Shown here in pieces: positions 47,247 through 55,245 of a stretch of DNA of 64,000 bases. This stretch comes from Candidatus Chewarchaeum aethiopicum. Lineage in GTDB: Archaea; Halobacteriota; Halobacteria; Halobacteriales; Hikarchaeaceae. The notes beneath the pieces are model-generated. The model made no database searches. It saw only the letters and a program-made list of their open reading frames with translations, and had not been told where the DNA came from. The stretch spans positions 51,230-115,229 of the forward strand of contig JAXINS010000021.1 in NCBI GenBank assembly GCA_034190395.1, written 5' to 3'. Position 1 is the stretch's first letter. Every line of letters starts with the position of its first letter. Both the position numbers and the translations under genes were made by a program.

Positions 47247-47580
47247 GACAGGCTCTCCGTCGGGGCGTACCCGGTCTTCGGGCGACCCGACCTTAATTCG
47301 TGGGTTGTACACGCGTTATCTGCGCGGTGAACTCCACGCGGCCTAATCGCGGGCTCGCATCGTTAAGACGGAGGTGGTCGGGCAGCTGACTCCAGGTTGA
47401 TCGGCCCCCGACTGGCCGGTTTTTCGAACGGACCCGATGATGGCACCCGCTTGCGTCGCTTGGATACGCGAGCGATGAACAATCGGTACGTCGGCCGTGG
47501 TCTCTTCTGGGTCGAGCGCCGATTGTTCGAAATCAACCGGTACAGCAAGCGTTTTGCCAGTCACGGTTGAACGACGGGTA

Positions 47581-47880
47581 ATGGCGGAGACTCCTGCCCG
47601 CGAGCTATCCTGTGACGCGAAACTCGCTCGCGTCGTGCTCGCGAACTGTGGCCCGCTGTCCCCCTCCGAGATCGCCCAGGAGGCGTATCTCTCGACGGAG
47701 CGGGCCAAGAGCGGGGTCGAAGAACTCACCGATGCCGGACTGGCTGAACCGGTCTGTGGCGTCTGCAAGCGCCGCGAAGAGGTCTTTGCGTTGACCGAGA
47801 CAGCCAAAGAACAGGAAGCCGAGGCCGAGACCGAGGACGACGATGATTCGACATCGGAATCCTTCGAGGCCGATTCTTAG
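47581..47880 (+). CDS. small winged-helix DNA-binding protein with acidic tail
   Basis: MAETPARELSCDAKLARVVLANCGPLSPSEIAQEAYLSTERAKSGVEELTDAGL.. (29th codon of the track ORF), followed by an E/D-rich tail. Confidence 0.55.
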   Translation: MAETPARELSCDAKLARVVLANCGPLSPSEIAQEAYLSTERAKSGVEELTDAGLAEPVCGVCKRREEVFALTETAKEQEAEAETEDDDDSTSESFEADS

Positions 47881-48086
47881 TTCTCTGCGCAATCTTAGAT
47901 CTGCACGATCGGTCGGCGCGTGACTTAACCACTCTCGCCGTATACCATCGATTGCGTGCCGCAGTCCCCGGCCGAGCTTGTCCACACGGACGCGATGATT
48001 GCCCGGCGAACCCCGGCACGCAATAGACGCCCGGCACGAGGGTTTCCCGGCTGAGACGGCACACCGCCCGCGATGATGCCGGTCGT

Positions 48087-48099
48087 TAGTGTTCCGGGC
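48087..48099. repeat. 13-bp direct repeat copy 1 (TAGTGTTCCGGGC)
   Basis: An identical 13-mer recurs at 48941-48953. Together the copies bracket doc and the small ORF. Confidence 0.4.
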
Positions 48100-48211
48100 A
48101 ACACCCTTTCGATTCTATCGGTTCTGCCTGTAAACGATTTGTAGAGCCATTCCAAGACTCGTACAGTCGTAGAGAGAAAATAATAGGTCTGTTCGGCGTG
48201 AGACTCCGACG

Positions 48212-48700
48212 ATGACCGACGCGTTCTGGTATCCGTCGGTCGAAGACATTCTCGACATCCACGAGGACATCGTCTCGGAGTATCCCGACACCAGCCCTGG
48301 GATACAAAGGCGTGGCGACATCGAATTCGCTCTGGAATACATCAGCGAGGGGTGCCTCGGGCCGGTCTCAGAGACGATTCATGAGAAGGCATTTCATTTG
48401 CTTCGGCTCCTCGTCGCTAACCATCCGTTCGTGGACGGCAACAAGCGTACCGCACTCAACGTAACGACCGTGTTCTATCTGCTCAACGGGTATCGGCTCG
48501 ACTACGACGACGAGATTCGAAAAATACTGAAGCAGTTCGGAACGGACGAAACGACGGTCGATAAGGACCACGTGCTCGAATATCTCCGAACTCATACGAT
48601 GGAGGCTGATCTGAATGGAGTGGTCGGCCAGTGGCGAGACGACCTGGTTGCGTACGGACTCGATCAACTGTCCGACGATTCATCGGATCCGAACGATTAA
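48212..48700 (+). CDS. doc: Fic/Doc-family toxin (death-on-curing type)
   Basis: Doc-type Fic motif HPFVDGNKRTA within ..AFHLLRLLVANHPFVDGNKRTALNVT... 162 aa, with an acidic C-terminal extension. Confidence 0.85.
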   Translation: MTDAFWYPSVEDILDIHEDIVSEYPDTSPGIQRRGDIEFALEYISEGCLGPVSETIHEKAFHLLRLLVANHPFVDGNKRTALNVTTVFYLLNGYRLDYDDEIRKILKQFGTDETTVDKDHVLEYLRTHTMEADLNGVVGQWRDDLVAYGLDQLSDDSSDPND

Positions 48701-48725
48701 TTGGACCGATGGACAACAAATACGC

Positions 48726-48866
48726 ATGGCGACAGAAGAGAAGACGGGCGAACAATCCCCTCTCGACGACGTAATGGCGGATATTCGTCGAGAACTCGTA
48801 CTGCGGGTCGCCAAGAGTGACCGAGATGAACACCGCGAGATTTACGACGCCCTCGAAAACGAATAG
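48726..48866 (+). CDS. 46-aa acidic ORF downstream of doc (candidate cognate antitoxin)
   Basis: MATEEKTGEQSPLDDVMADIRRELVLRVAKSDRDEHREIYDALENE. Its ATG is 25 nt after the doc stop, it is on the same strand, and no ORF lies upstream of doc. The evidence is position only. Confidence 0.35.
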   Translation: MATEEKTGEQSPLDDVMADIRRELVLRVAKSDRDEHREIYDALENE

Positions 48867-48940
48867 CTCTCTCACGTCCGTCGATTTGTGATTCACAAAT
48901 CCTAGCCTTACATCGAACTTACTGGTAGATTCTCGTCCGA

Positions 48941-48953
48941 TAGTGTTCCGGGC
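48941..48953. repeat. 13-bp direct repeat copy 2 (TAGTGTTCCGGGC)
   Basis: Identical to 48087-48099. A partial third copy, AGTGTTCC, lies at 49069-49076. Confidence 0.4.
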
Positions 48954-49180
48954 TTACATTTCCGAATGGCATATAAATAGTTAAATACAATAATAATAGA
49001 TTATAAAAAGGTCGATTTTCTGAATTGCTATCACTTTGGTCGACGGGAATTCCACCGACTGACCGATCAGTGTTCCACTATCGAACGAAAGTAATGGCGC
49101 TCTCTCGTTCGACTGTCGAACGATTCGTCCTTTCAGCCGTAAGGCGGCCAGAATCGAAGGGATTGTGATTCACCGATAAG

Positions 49181-49196
49181 GCACAGTATTCTGTGC
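49181..49196 (+). promoter_or_regulatory. perfect palindrome GCACAG-TATT-CTGTGC upstream of the RHH antitoxin-like gene (candidate operator)
   Basis: 6-bp arms and a 4-nt spacer, ending 17 nt before the ATG at 49213. TA operons are typically autoregulated at such sites. Confidence 0.4.
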
Positions 49197-49212
49197 TCAC
49201 ATAGTTTTCTGT

Positions 49213-49443
49213 ATGCCAAGTATCACAGTCAACGTGGACGACGACCTCAAAGAGCGGATGGAAACTCATCCAGAGATCAACTGAAGTGAGGTCACACGAC
49301 AGGCCATCGAAGAAAAAATCGAAGCGCTCGAAGGGATGGACGAACTCACTAGCGAGAGCGATCTCGGCAAGAACGATGTCCAGGAAAATGCCGACAAAAT
49401 AATCAAGAGTGGACACAAACACGTTGACGAGGAATCGACTTAG
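49213..49443 (+). pseudogene. ribbon-helix-helix (VapB/CopG-like) antitoxin gene with in-frame TGA
   Basis: It reads MPSITVNVDDDLKERMETHPEIN*SEVTRQAIEEKIEALEGMDEL... The TGA at 49282-49284 sits where related proteins, as I recall them, have ..INWSEV.. (TGG). The frame continues to the TAG at 49441-49443. Confidence 0.55.
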
Positions 49444-49452
49444 AGACGACGA

Positions 49453-49592
49453 ATGAAGCTGGCTATCGACGCCAACATCGTCATCTCCGCACTCATCGCT
49501 GATTCGAAAACGTGGGAACGTATCGTCATGCTTGAACCAGATCTCCTGACACTCGCGTTCGCCCACGACGAAATCGGGAAAATCGACAGCCG
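49453..49592 (+). pseudogene. PIN-domain (VapC-like) toxin gene, 3'-truncated
   Basis: MKLAIDANIVISALIADSKTWERIVMLEPDLLTLAFAHDEIGK.. is a typical PIN N-terminus with the first acidic residue (D6). Beyond ~49592 the open frame (track ORF to 49779) is merely antisense to the trkH 3' end. Confidence 0.55.
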
Positions 49593-51236
49593 TCAGGGTT
49601 GGAGCCCGTACAACGCGGCCCGAACGAACACGAGCACGGGGATAATCTCCAGGCGACCGATCCACATGTTCAACACGAGCATGCTCTCGGCGAGTGGTGA
49701 CATCGATGGTCCGGTGATCCCCGTCGACAACCCGACGTTCCCCTGTGCGCTGGCCACCTCAAAGAGCACGTCGGCGTAGCCGAACTGTGCTGGCGTCGTG
49801 TTCACCATCACGAAACTCCCCACGGCGAGCAACACCAACCAGAGCAACGAGACGACGGCCGCCTCGGAGAACTCCCGTTCCATTTCGGTCCGGTCGAGCT
49901 GGCGGTCGCCGATCCGGGTGGTGACGACTGCGTTCGCCGGCAGGAACACGCGGCCGAACTGCCACATGATGCCTCGGATAGCCGTGTAACCCCGGATAAG
50001 TTTGATCCCGCCGACGGTCGATCCGGCGGCGCCGCCCAACACCATCGCCCCGGAGACGATGAGCTTGCCGCCGTTTCCCCACGAGCCGATCGGCGAGGAT
50101 TGAAACCCAGTGCAGGTCAGTGCACTGACGAACTGGAAGACCCCGTCCCTGGCCGCGTCGGCGCCCGCAGTCGAGAGTCCGAGCCAGGCCGGAGCAGCGC
50201 TCGCGCGGCCGAAGTCGGCATGGCTGATGTCGATTACGTTCTGGACAGCGAGGGTGATCGCCCCGACGATCAGGAGTGTGAACAACAGTCGTGTCTGGAG
50301 GTCCTCCCGCAACCGTGTGAGATCGCGTTCATGTAACACGGCGTAATGGATCGGGAAGGCGATCGCACCAAGCGTCATAATCGGCAATAGGACACCCTCG
50401 ATCAGCGGTGAATTGTACGTCGCCATCGAGTTGTCGGTGACTGAGAATCCCCCCGTCGCGAGGGCTGTCATGGCGTGATTGAGCGCCTGCCACGCCGTCT
50501 CGAACAGCGAAAGCTGTCGGCCGTAATCGCTCAGCGAGATCGCACCGAACATCGCGGCGATCGCCACCCCCGTATACAACAGAAATACCTTCCAGATCGT
50601 CCGGACCGTCGAGACGATGCTGGGATGGATCCGCTGTTCGCGGGCTTCACTTCGGTATAGCGCGTAGGACCCGCTGCCGGGACGGGCGAGGATCGAGACC
50701 GTGAGCACGATCACGCCGACACCACCGACCCACTGCATCAACGATCGCCACCATTGGATCGTCCGGGGAAGCGACGGCTCGTGGACCGCCATCGTCAGTC
50801 CGCTGCCGGTCCATCCCGACATCGACTCGAAGATCGCATGCAGTGGATTGGTGAAATGCTGCAAACTCGACGTATATGTCGCCCCGGCCGGCACGTAGCT
50901 TGCCTGGACCGTCGGCGGAACCAGCCACGCCGCCAAGAACAACGGCAGAGCGCCACCCAGCGCCACGATTAGCCAGCCGGCGGCGGCGATCACCATTCCG
51001 TGTTTCATCACCGGCGGTGGGGCCGACTCGAAGAGCCGTCGGGCACCGTAGCCGATCCCGGCCACGACAGCGCCCGCGATGAGAAACGCAAGCGCTGTCT
51101 GCCACTCGCGGAAAAGGGCCCCGACGACGACCGAGACCGTCATAAGCCCGGCCTCGATCAGGAGCAGGGCGCCGATATCCCGGGCGATTATCGCAAAATC
51201 CGTCGGCACGCCGTTGTATCGTCGGTCTCGGGCCAT
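49593..51236 (-). CDS. trkH: TrkH-family potassium uptake membrane protein
   Basis: 547 aa and polytopic, with repeated pore-loop motifs (..TGGFSVTD.., ..TCTGFQSS.., ..AQGNVGLSTGITG..). Confidence 0.9.
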   Translation of the reverse strand: MARDRRYNGVPTDFAIIARDIGALLLIEAGLMTVSVVVGALFREWQTALAFLIAGAVVAGIGYGARRLFESAPPPVMKHGMVIAAAGWLIVALGGALPLFLAAWLVPPTVQASYVPAGATYTSSLQHFTNPLHAIFESMSGWTGSGLTMAVHEPSLPRTIQWWRSLMQWVGGVGVIVLTVSILARPGSGSYALYRSEAREQRIHPSIVSTVRTIWKVFLLYTGVAIAAMFGAISLSDYGRQLSLFETAWQALNHAMTALATGGFSVTDNSMATYNSPLIEGVLLPIMTLGAIAFPIHYAVLHERDLTRLREDLQTRLLFTLLIVGAITLAVQNVIDISHADFGRASAAPAWLGLSTAGADAARDGVFQFVSALTCTGFQSSPIGSWGNGGKLIVSGAMVLGGAAGSTVGGIKLIRGYTAIRGIMWQFGRVFLPANAVVTTRIGDRQLDRTEMEREFSEAAVVSLLWLVLLAVGSFVMVNTTPAQFGYADVLFEVASAQGNVGLSTGITGPSMSPLAESMLVLNMWIGRLEIIPVLVFVRAALYGLQP

Positions 51237-51260
51237 CGTGTTATCCGGGAATCTGTCTCG

Positions 51261-51950
51261 TCATCGGTCGGGGTGGTCGTCGAAATAACCGAACACGTCG
51301 GTGACATCGGGTCCGGCACCGCTGGCCGAGTAAACGGTCACCCGGTCTCCGGGGTGGATTTCCGTCTCCCCGCGGGGGATGATGGGCGTCTCGCTTTCCT
51401 CCCGGGCGATCGCGACCACGAGGACGTCGTCGTCGAGAAGCCCCGCCTCGTGGGCTGCCTGGAGGCTCTGACCGGCGATCGGCGCTTCCTCCTCGACATC
51501 GATTTCGAAGACCTCGGCGGTGTCGTCGACGCGCATGAAATCCCCGATCGTCGGTCGCTTCACCGCTCGATACAGGTAATCGGCGATGAGCCGTTGGGGG
51601 TTTTCCATGGTGTTGACCCCGATCCGCTCGTAGAGGGCCATGTGTTCGGGATCGTGGACCACTGAGACGATATCGGGGACTTCCAACTCTTGGGCGAGCA
51701 GACAGACCATGATGTTCGTGGCGTCCTGATCGGTCGTCGTGATGAGCGCATCGGCCCGATCGGCTCCGGCGTCGACGAGCGTCTCCCGAGTCGTCGCATC
51801 GTCGTTGATCACCAAACAATCGAAGGTGTTGGCCGCCGCCTCCGCTCGTTGTGGATCCCGTTCGATGACGACGACCTCGTTTCTGTCGTCGGTCGCGATT
51901 TCGATGAGTGGCGTCCCGATGTCACCGCTCCCGACGATGACCAGATACAT
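51261..51950 (-). CDS. trkA: TrkA potassium uptake protein (NAD-binding + TrkA-C)
   Basis: MYLVIVGSGDIGTPLIEIA.. Rossmann motif and a C-terminal TrkA-C region (..EIHPGDRVTVYS..). Confidence 0.9.
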   Translation of the reverse strand: MYLVIVGSGDIGTPLIEIATDDRNEVVVIERDPQRAEAAANTFDCLVINDDATTRETLVDAGADRADALITTTDQDATNIMVCLLAQELEVPDIVSVVHDPEHMALYERIGVNTMENPQRLIADYLYRAVKRPTIGDFMRVDDTAEVFEIDVEEEAPIAGQSLQAAHEAGLLDDDVLVVAIAREESETPIIPRGETEIHPGDRVTVYSASGAGPDVTDVFGYFDDHPDR

Positions 51951-52050
51951 GGCTCGAAAGGTTGCCCACGCGGTGTTGAAACGCTAACGATCCACGCGCC
52001 CGACCGAGAGATGGGAGCTTTATTAATGGTTGCAAATATTACATATTCGT

Positions 52051-52263
52051 ATGGCGGATACAACGAACGTCGGCGGTCGTGATCGCCTCCTTCGCGGGGT
52101 CCTCGCGGTCGTGTTCACGGTGTTGGCGATCAGTGCGTTTCGCAACGGCAAACGCGCTCGCGGCCTCCTCGTCGGCCTCGCCGCGATGGGATTTGGATTC
52201 AACGTCGTGACGCAGTTCTGTGGACTGAATCGAGCGCTGGGTATCGATACGACCTCGGAGTAA
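52051..52263 (+). CDS. DUF2892 (YgaP-like) small membrane protein
   Basis: MADTTNVGGRDRLLRGVLAVVF..GLAAMGFGFNVVTQFCGLNRALGI. The N-V-G-x-x-D-R motif plus two TM helices and a conserved Cys are typical of this family. Confidence 0.65.
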   Translation: MADTTNVGGRDRLLRGVLAVVFTVLAISAFRNGKRARGLLVGLAAMGFGFNVVTQFCGLNRALGIDTTSE

Positions 52264-52323
52264 TTCCTTTTGAATCCGGGGTGTCGATCCGGTCCGGTTA
52301 TCGATAAGCCCTTCCGCACACCG

Positions 52324-52704
52324 TTACTCGGAGACTGCAGCCGCGAGATCGAGGATATCCATGACGGCTGGATCGGCGATCCGGTAGTAGTTCCACTTGC
52401 CTTTCTTTCGGTTTTTGACTAATCCAGCCTCCCGGAGTTTGCGGAGATGAGTCGAAACCGTCGACTGGGGCGCATCAAGGATCACCATCAGCTCACAGCC
52501 ACAGCGTTCGTCATGGCGTAGCGCCTCGAGCAACCGTAATCGATCCTTGTTGGCCAACGCTTGGAACACGGCGTGTTTCCCCGCGAGTGCGTTCTCCTCG
52601 AGACGGTGCTCGAGTAACTCCTGGATTTGCCGATCCGGATCGTCGTAGAGCCGTTCAAGCGGCTCGCGGGCATCCTCGACTGACGGGTCCGACTCGCTAC
52701 TCAT
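52324..52704 (-). CDS. arsR: ArsR/SmtB-family metalloregulator
   Basis: ..LANKDRLRLLEALRHDERCGCELMVILDAPQSTVSTHLRKLREAGLV... The CGC sits at the position of the As(III)-binding CVC of classical ArsR. Confidence 0.8.
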   Translation of the reverse strand: MSSESDPSVEDAREPLERLYDDPDRQIQELLEHRLEENALAGKHAVFQALANKDRLRLLEALRHDERCGCELMVILDAPQSTVSTHLRKLREAGLVKNRKKGKWNYYRIADPAVMDILDLAAAVSE

Positions 52705-52837
52705 ATCGTTCTGGTAAAATGTGTGCGGGCTTATAGCCGTTGCTTCGAACTACACAACGAGTGATTTGGCCCGGAATTTCGGCTTTGTCGGTTACGGATA
52801 CCAAGCGCTTATATCGACTACATACGATGTGCCGGAT

Positions 52838-53311
52838 ATGGAAACGGAACTGTCGGTCCGGACGGTCGGGCCGGCCGACATCGAGTACGTCGAGGGACTT
52901 TTGGCTGCCAATGACCTCCCGACGGCGGACATCTCCGAGCTGATGGATCATCTCTATGTGTTCGAAACCGACGGCGAACGGATCGGCGTTGGTGGACTCG
53001 AACCGTATGCCGATGTCGGGCTCCTCCGGTCGGTGGCGATCGAGGACGCTTGCCGCGGTCAAGGGTACGGATCCGCGGTGTGCCGGAGGTTGCTCGCGGT
53101 GGCCCGGCAGGCGGAGCTCTCGACAGTATACCTGCTGACGACGACGGCCGAGGAATTCTTCGCCCGGCTTGGGTTCGAGGTCGTCGACCGGACAGCGGTC
53201 CCCCATGCGATCCGACAGACCCGGGAGTTCAGCGATCTCTGTCCTACGACCGCCGTCTGTATGCGCCGAGGTGTGCCCGCGGATCCCGTCGTGGAGGCGT
53301 CCGTCGAATGA
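52838..53311 (+). CDS. GNAT acetyltransferase, ArsN2-like
   Basis: METELSVRTVGPADIEYVEGLLAANDLP.. (40th codon of the track ORF). Acetyl-CoA site ..RGQGYGSAVCRRLL... Divergent from arsR. Confidence 0.6.
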   Translation: METELSVRTVGPADIEYVEGLLAANDLPTADISELMDHLYVFETDGERIGVGGLEPYADVGLLRSVAIEDACRGQGYGSAVCRRLLAVARQAELSTVYLLTTTAEEFFARLGFEVVDRTAVPHAIRQTREFSDLCPTTAVCMRRGVPADPVVEASVE

Positions 53312-53366
53312 ACACCGCCCATCGGGGACGGTCCCTGTATACTCCATCCTGTCACGGGAGGGACGG

Positions 53367-54185
53367 ATGACCGACGGCATGGCGTTCTCGGGATGGGATC
53401 GGATCGACGCTACCGACGATACGGCGGCGTTTCAGTCGTATCTCGATACCGTCACCGGTCTCGATCGGATGCAGGCTCTCAAACGCCGGAGCCATCGGCT
53501 CCTCGCGCCGACATCCGGCGATACACTCCTCGATGTCGGGTGTGGGACTGGGGATGATGTACTCGCGCTGGCCGAATTGGTTGGTTCCGAGGGCATTGTC
53601 ATCGGTGTCGACAACAGTGTGACGATGGTCCGGACGGCCCGGAACCGAGCTCCCGAATCGAGCACTGACTTCCGGGTCGCGGACGCCGAGGACCTCCCGT
53701 TCGCATCGGACGCTATTGCCGGCAGCCGGGCTGACCGCGTGCTCCAGCATCTCGATCACCCCCGACGGGCCTTTGAGGAACTCTGTCGGGTTACACGACC
53801 GGGCGGACGGGTCGTCGTGACCGATTCGGATTGGGGCACGCTGACCGTCGATACCCCGACACAGCCCGATCTCACCGCCCGGATCCTCGATCCCGACTGG
53901 TCCTGCGCCCAGAACGGACGTATCGGCCGACAACTGCGCCGGTGGGCGACCGAGGCCGGTCTGATCGATCTTGACATCGACACGGCGACGCTCGTGTTGA
54001 CGGACTTCGAAACCGCCGACGAAGTGCTCGGACTGACCGGCCGGATCGAGACGATGCAAGCGGCCGGTGTTCTGTCCGATGTGGACGGCCATCAGTGGCT
54101 ACAGCGACTCCGAAGGGCCGATACTGACGGCGAATTTTTCAGTTCGCTCGATATCTTTACTGTGGCGGGGACCGTCCCGGAGTGA
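53367..54185 (+). CDS. class I SAM-dependent methyltransferase
   Basis: Motif I LLDVGCGTGDD, with post-I and II regions (..VIGVDNS.., ..FASDAIAGSRADRVLQHL..). I chose the ATG at 53367 (67th codon of the track ORF). Confidence 0.8.
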   Translation: MTDGMAFSGWDRIDATDDTAAFQSYLDTVTGLDRMQALKRRSHRLLAPTSGDTLLDVGCGTGDDVLALAELVGSEGIVIGVDNSVTMVRTARNRAPESSTDFRVADAEDLPFASDAIAGSRADRVLQHLDHPRRAFEELCRVTRPGGRVVVTDSDWGTLTVDTPTQPDLTARILDPDWSCAQNGRIGRQLRRWATEAGLIDLDIDTATLVLTDFETADEVLGLTGRIETMQAAGVLSDVDGHQWLQRLRRADTDGEFFSSLDIFTVAGTVPE

Positions 54186-54285
54186 ATGTAAGTTCACGGA
54201 TCCGTGATGTCGGTCGTGGGTTTGGCGTCTCCATAGATCGCCGGGATAGGAACGCTTTATCGAGTTGTCCGTCTTGTCCCGTTCG

Positions 54286-55155
54286 ATGAGCGACTCGACG
54301 GACGCCCCGGATATCGACGGGAACGATGGCTGGCCAGCGCAGGATCGATCCGTGCCGGCGGTCCCGGATCTCACGGGTTGGTTGGCGCGTCGGGACACGA
54401 TCCGTCAGTTCGATCCCGAGGCGGACATTCCCGAGACAGAGCTCCGGGAGATCATCGATGCCGGCCGGAAGGTCCCGACCAGCGGAACGATCCAGATGTA
54501 CAGCTTTGTTCGAATCACCGATCCCGATACACGCGCGAAGATCCACGCTCACTGTGGATATGGCCAACCGCAAGTCGAGGAGAGCAGTCACTTTCTGTTG
54601 GTATGTGTCGATCTCCGCCGCGTTCGAATGCTGCACGAGCATCGCGATCTCGATTTTTCGATGTCACCCCTTTCGGCGCTTCTCAAGGGATCAGTCGACG
54701 CGTCCCTTGCGGCCCAAGGAGCGATGATCGTCGCCGAGAGCCGGGGCTACGGAGTCTGTCCGATCGGTGCCATCGGCGAACAGCTGGATGAGGTCGCCCA
54801 AACCGTCGATCTTCCCGCGGAGGTGTTACCGATCTGGGGGCTGTGTATCGGTGTGCCAAGCGACGAGGCACCCGACCGGAGCACTCCCCGCGTGCCGCTG
54901 GATGCCGTCCTTCACGACGGTGAGTATCGTGACCCTTCACCGGCGCTGTTGGAAGCGTGTTACGAGACGATGAACGAACGGTACGCCGATTCCGATCGCG
55001 TCTGGGAAGGAACGCTCGCAAACTACTGGACACCCGCACCCGAGGGATCGATGAACGATCGTGAGGACACGCTGTTGGAGGCGTTGCGACGCCAGGGATT
55101 TTTCGCATACCGTGGGGTCGATGAACCCGTCCAACCCCCGACCGCCAGGGATTGA
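54286..55155 (+). CDS. nitroreductase-family flavoprotein (NfsA-like)
   Basis: ..LARRDTIRQFDPEADIPETELREIIDAGRKVPTSGTIQMYSF.. The start could instead be 54265. Confidence 0.75.
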   Translation: MSDSTDAPDIDGNDGWPAQDRSVPAVPDLTGWLARRDTIRQFDPEADIPETELREIIDAGRKVPTSGTIQMYSFVRITDPDTRAKIHAHCGYGQPQVEESSHFLLVCVDLRRVRMLHEHRDLDFSMSPLSALLKGSVDASLAAQGAMIVAESRGYGVCPIGAIGEQLDEVAQTVDLPAEVLPIWGLCIGVPSDEAPDRSTPRVPLDAVLHDGEYRDPSPALLEACYETMNERYADSDRVWEGTLANYWTPAPEGSMNDREDTLLEALRRQGFFAYRGVDEPVQPPTARD

Positions 55156-55245
55156 GCCATTTCCTACCGATCGGTTTGCCGGACCGTCGATTCCGTTAAC
55201 GGAATCATTTAGTGGCTCGCCCGAGCAGCTGGATCGGACGCCAGG

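Larger units (their letters stand above)
47881..49592. other. low-GC accessory islet carrying toxin-antitoxin remnants
   Basis: Visibly AT-richer than its flanks, for example 48961-49020: ..ATATAAATAGTTAAATACAATAATAATAGATTATAAAAAGG... It contains a Doc gene, a small ORF, a nonsense-mutated RHH gene and a truncated PIN gene. It sits wedged between core genes (wHTH and trkH). Confidence 0.55.

Noticed and set aside
49282-49284. The in-frame TGA read as selenocysteine or programmed readthrough.
   Set aside because: Haloarchaea are not known to use Sec, and there is no SECIS-like context. The partner PIN gene is truncated, so simple pseudogenisation is more parsimonious.
49078-49665. A 195-aa minus-strand ORF spanning the TA remnant region.
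   Set aside because: It is antisense to the recognisable RHH and PIN reading frames and has no family features. Its open frame seems to be an accident of the plus-strand coding sequence.
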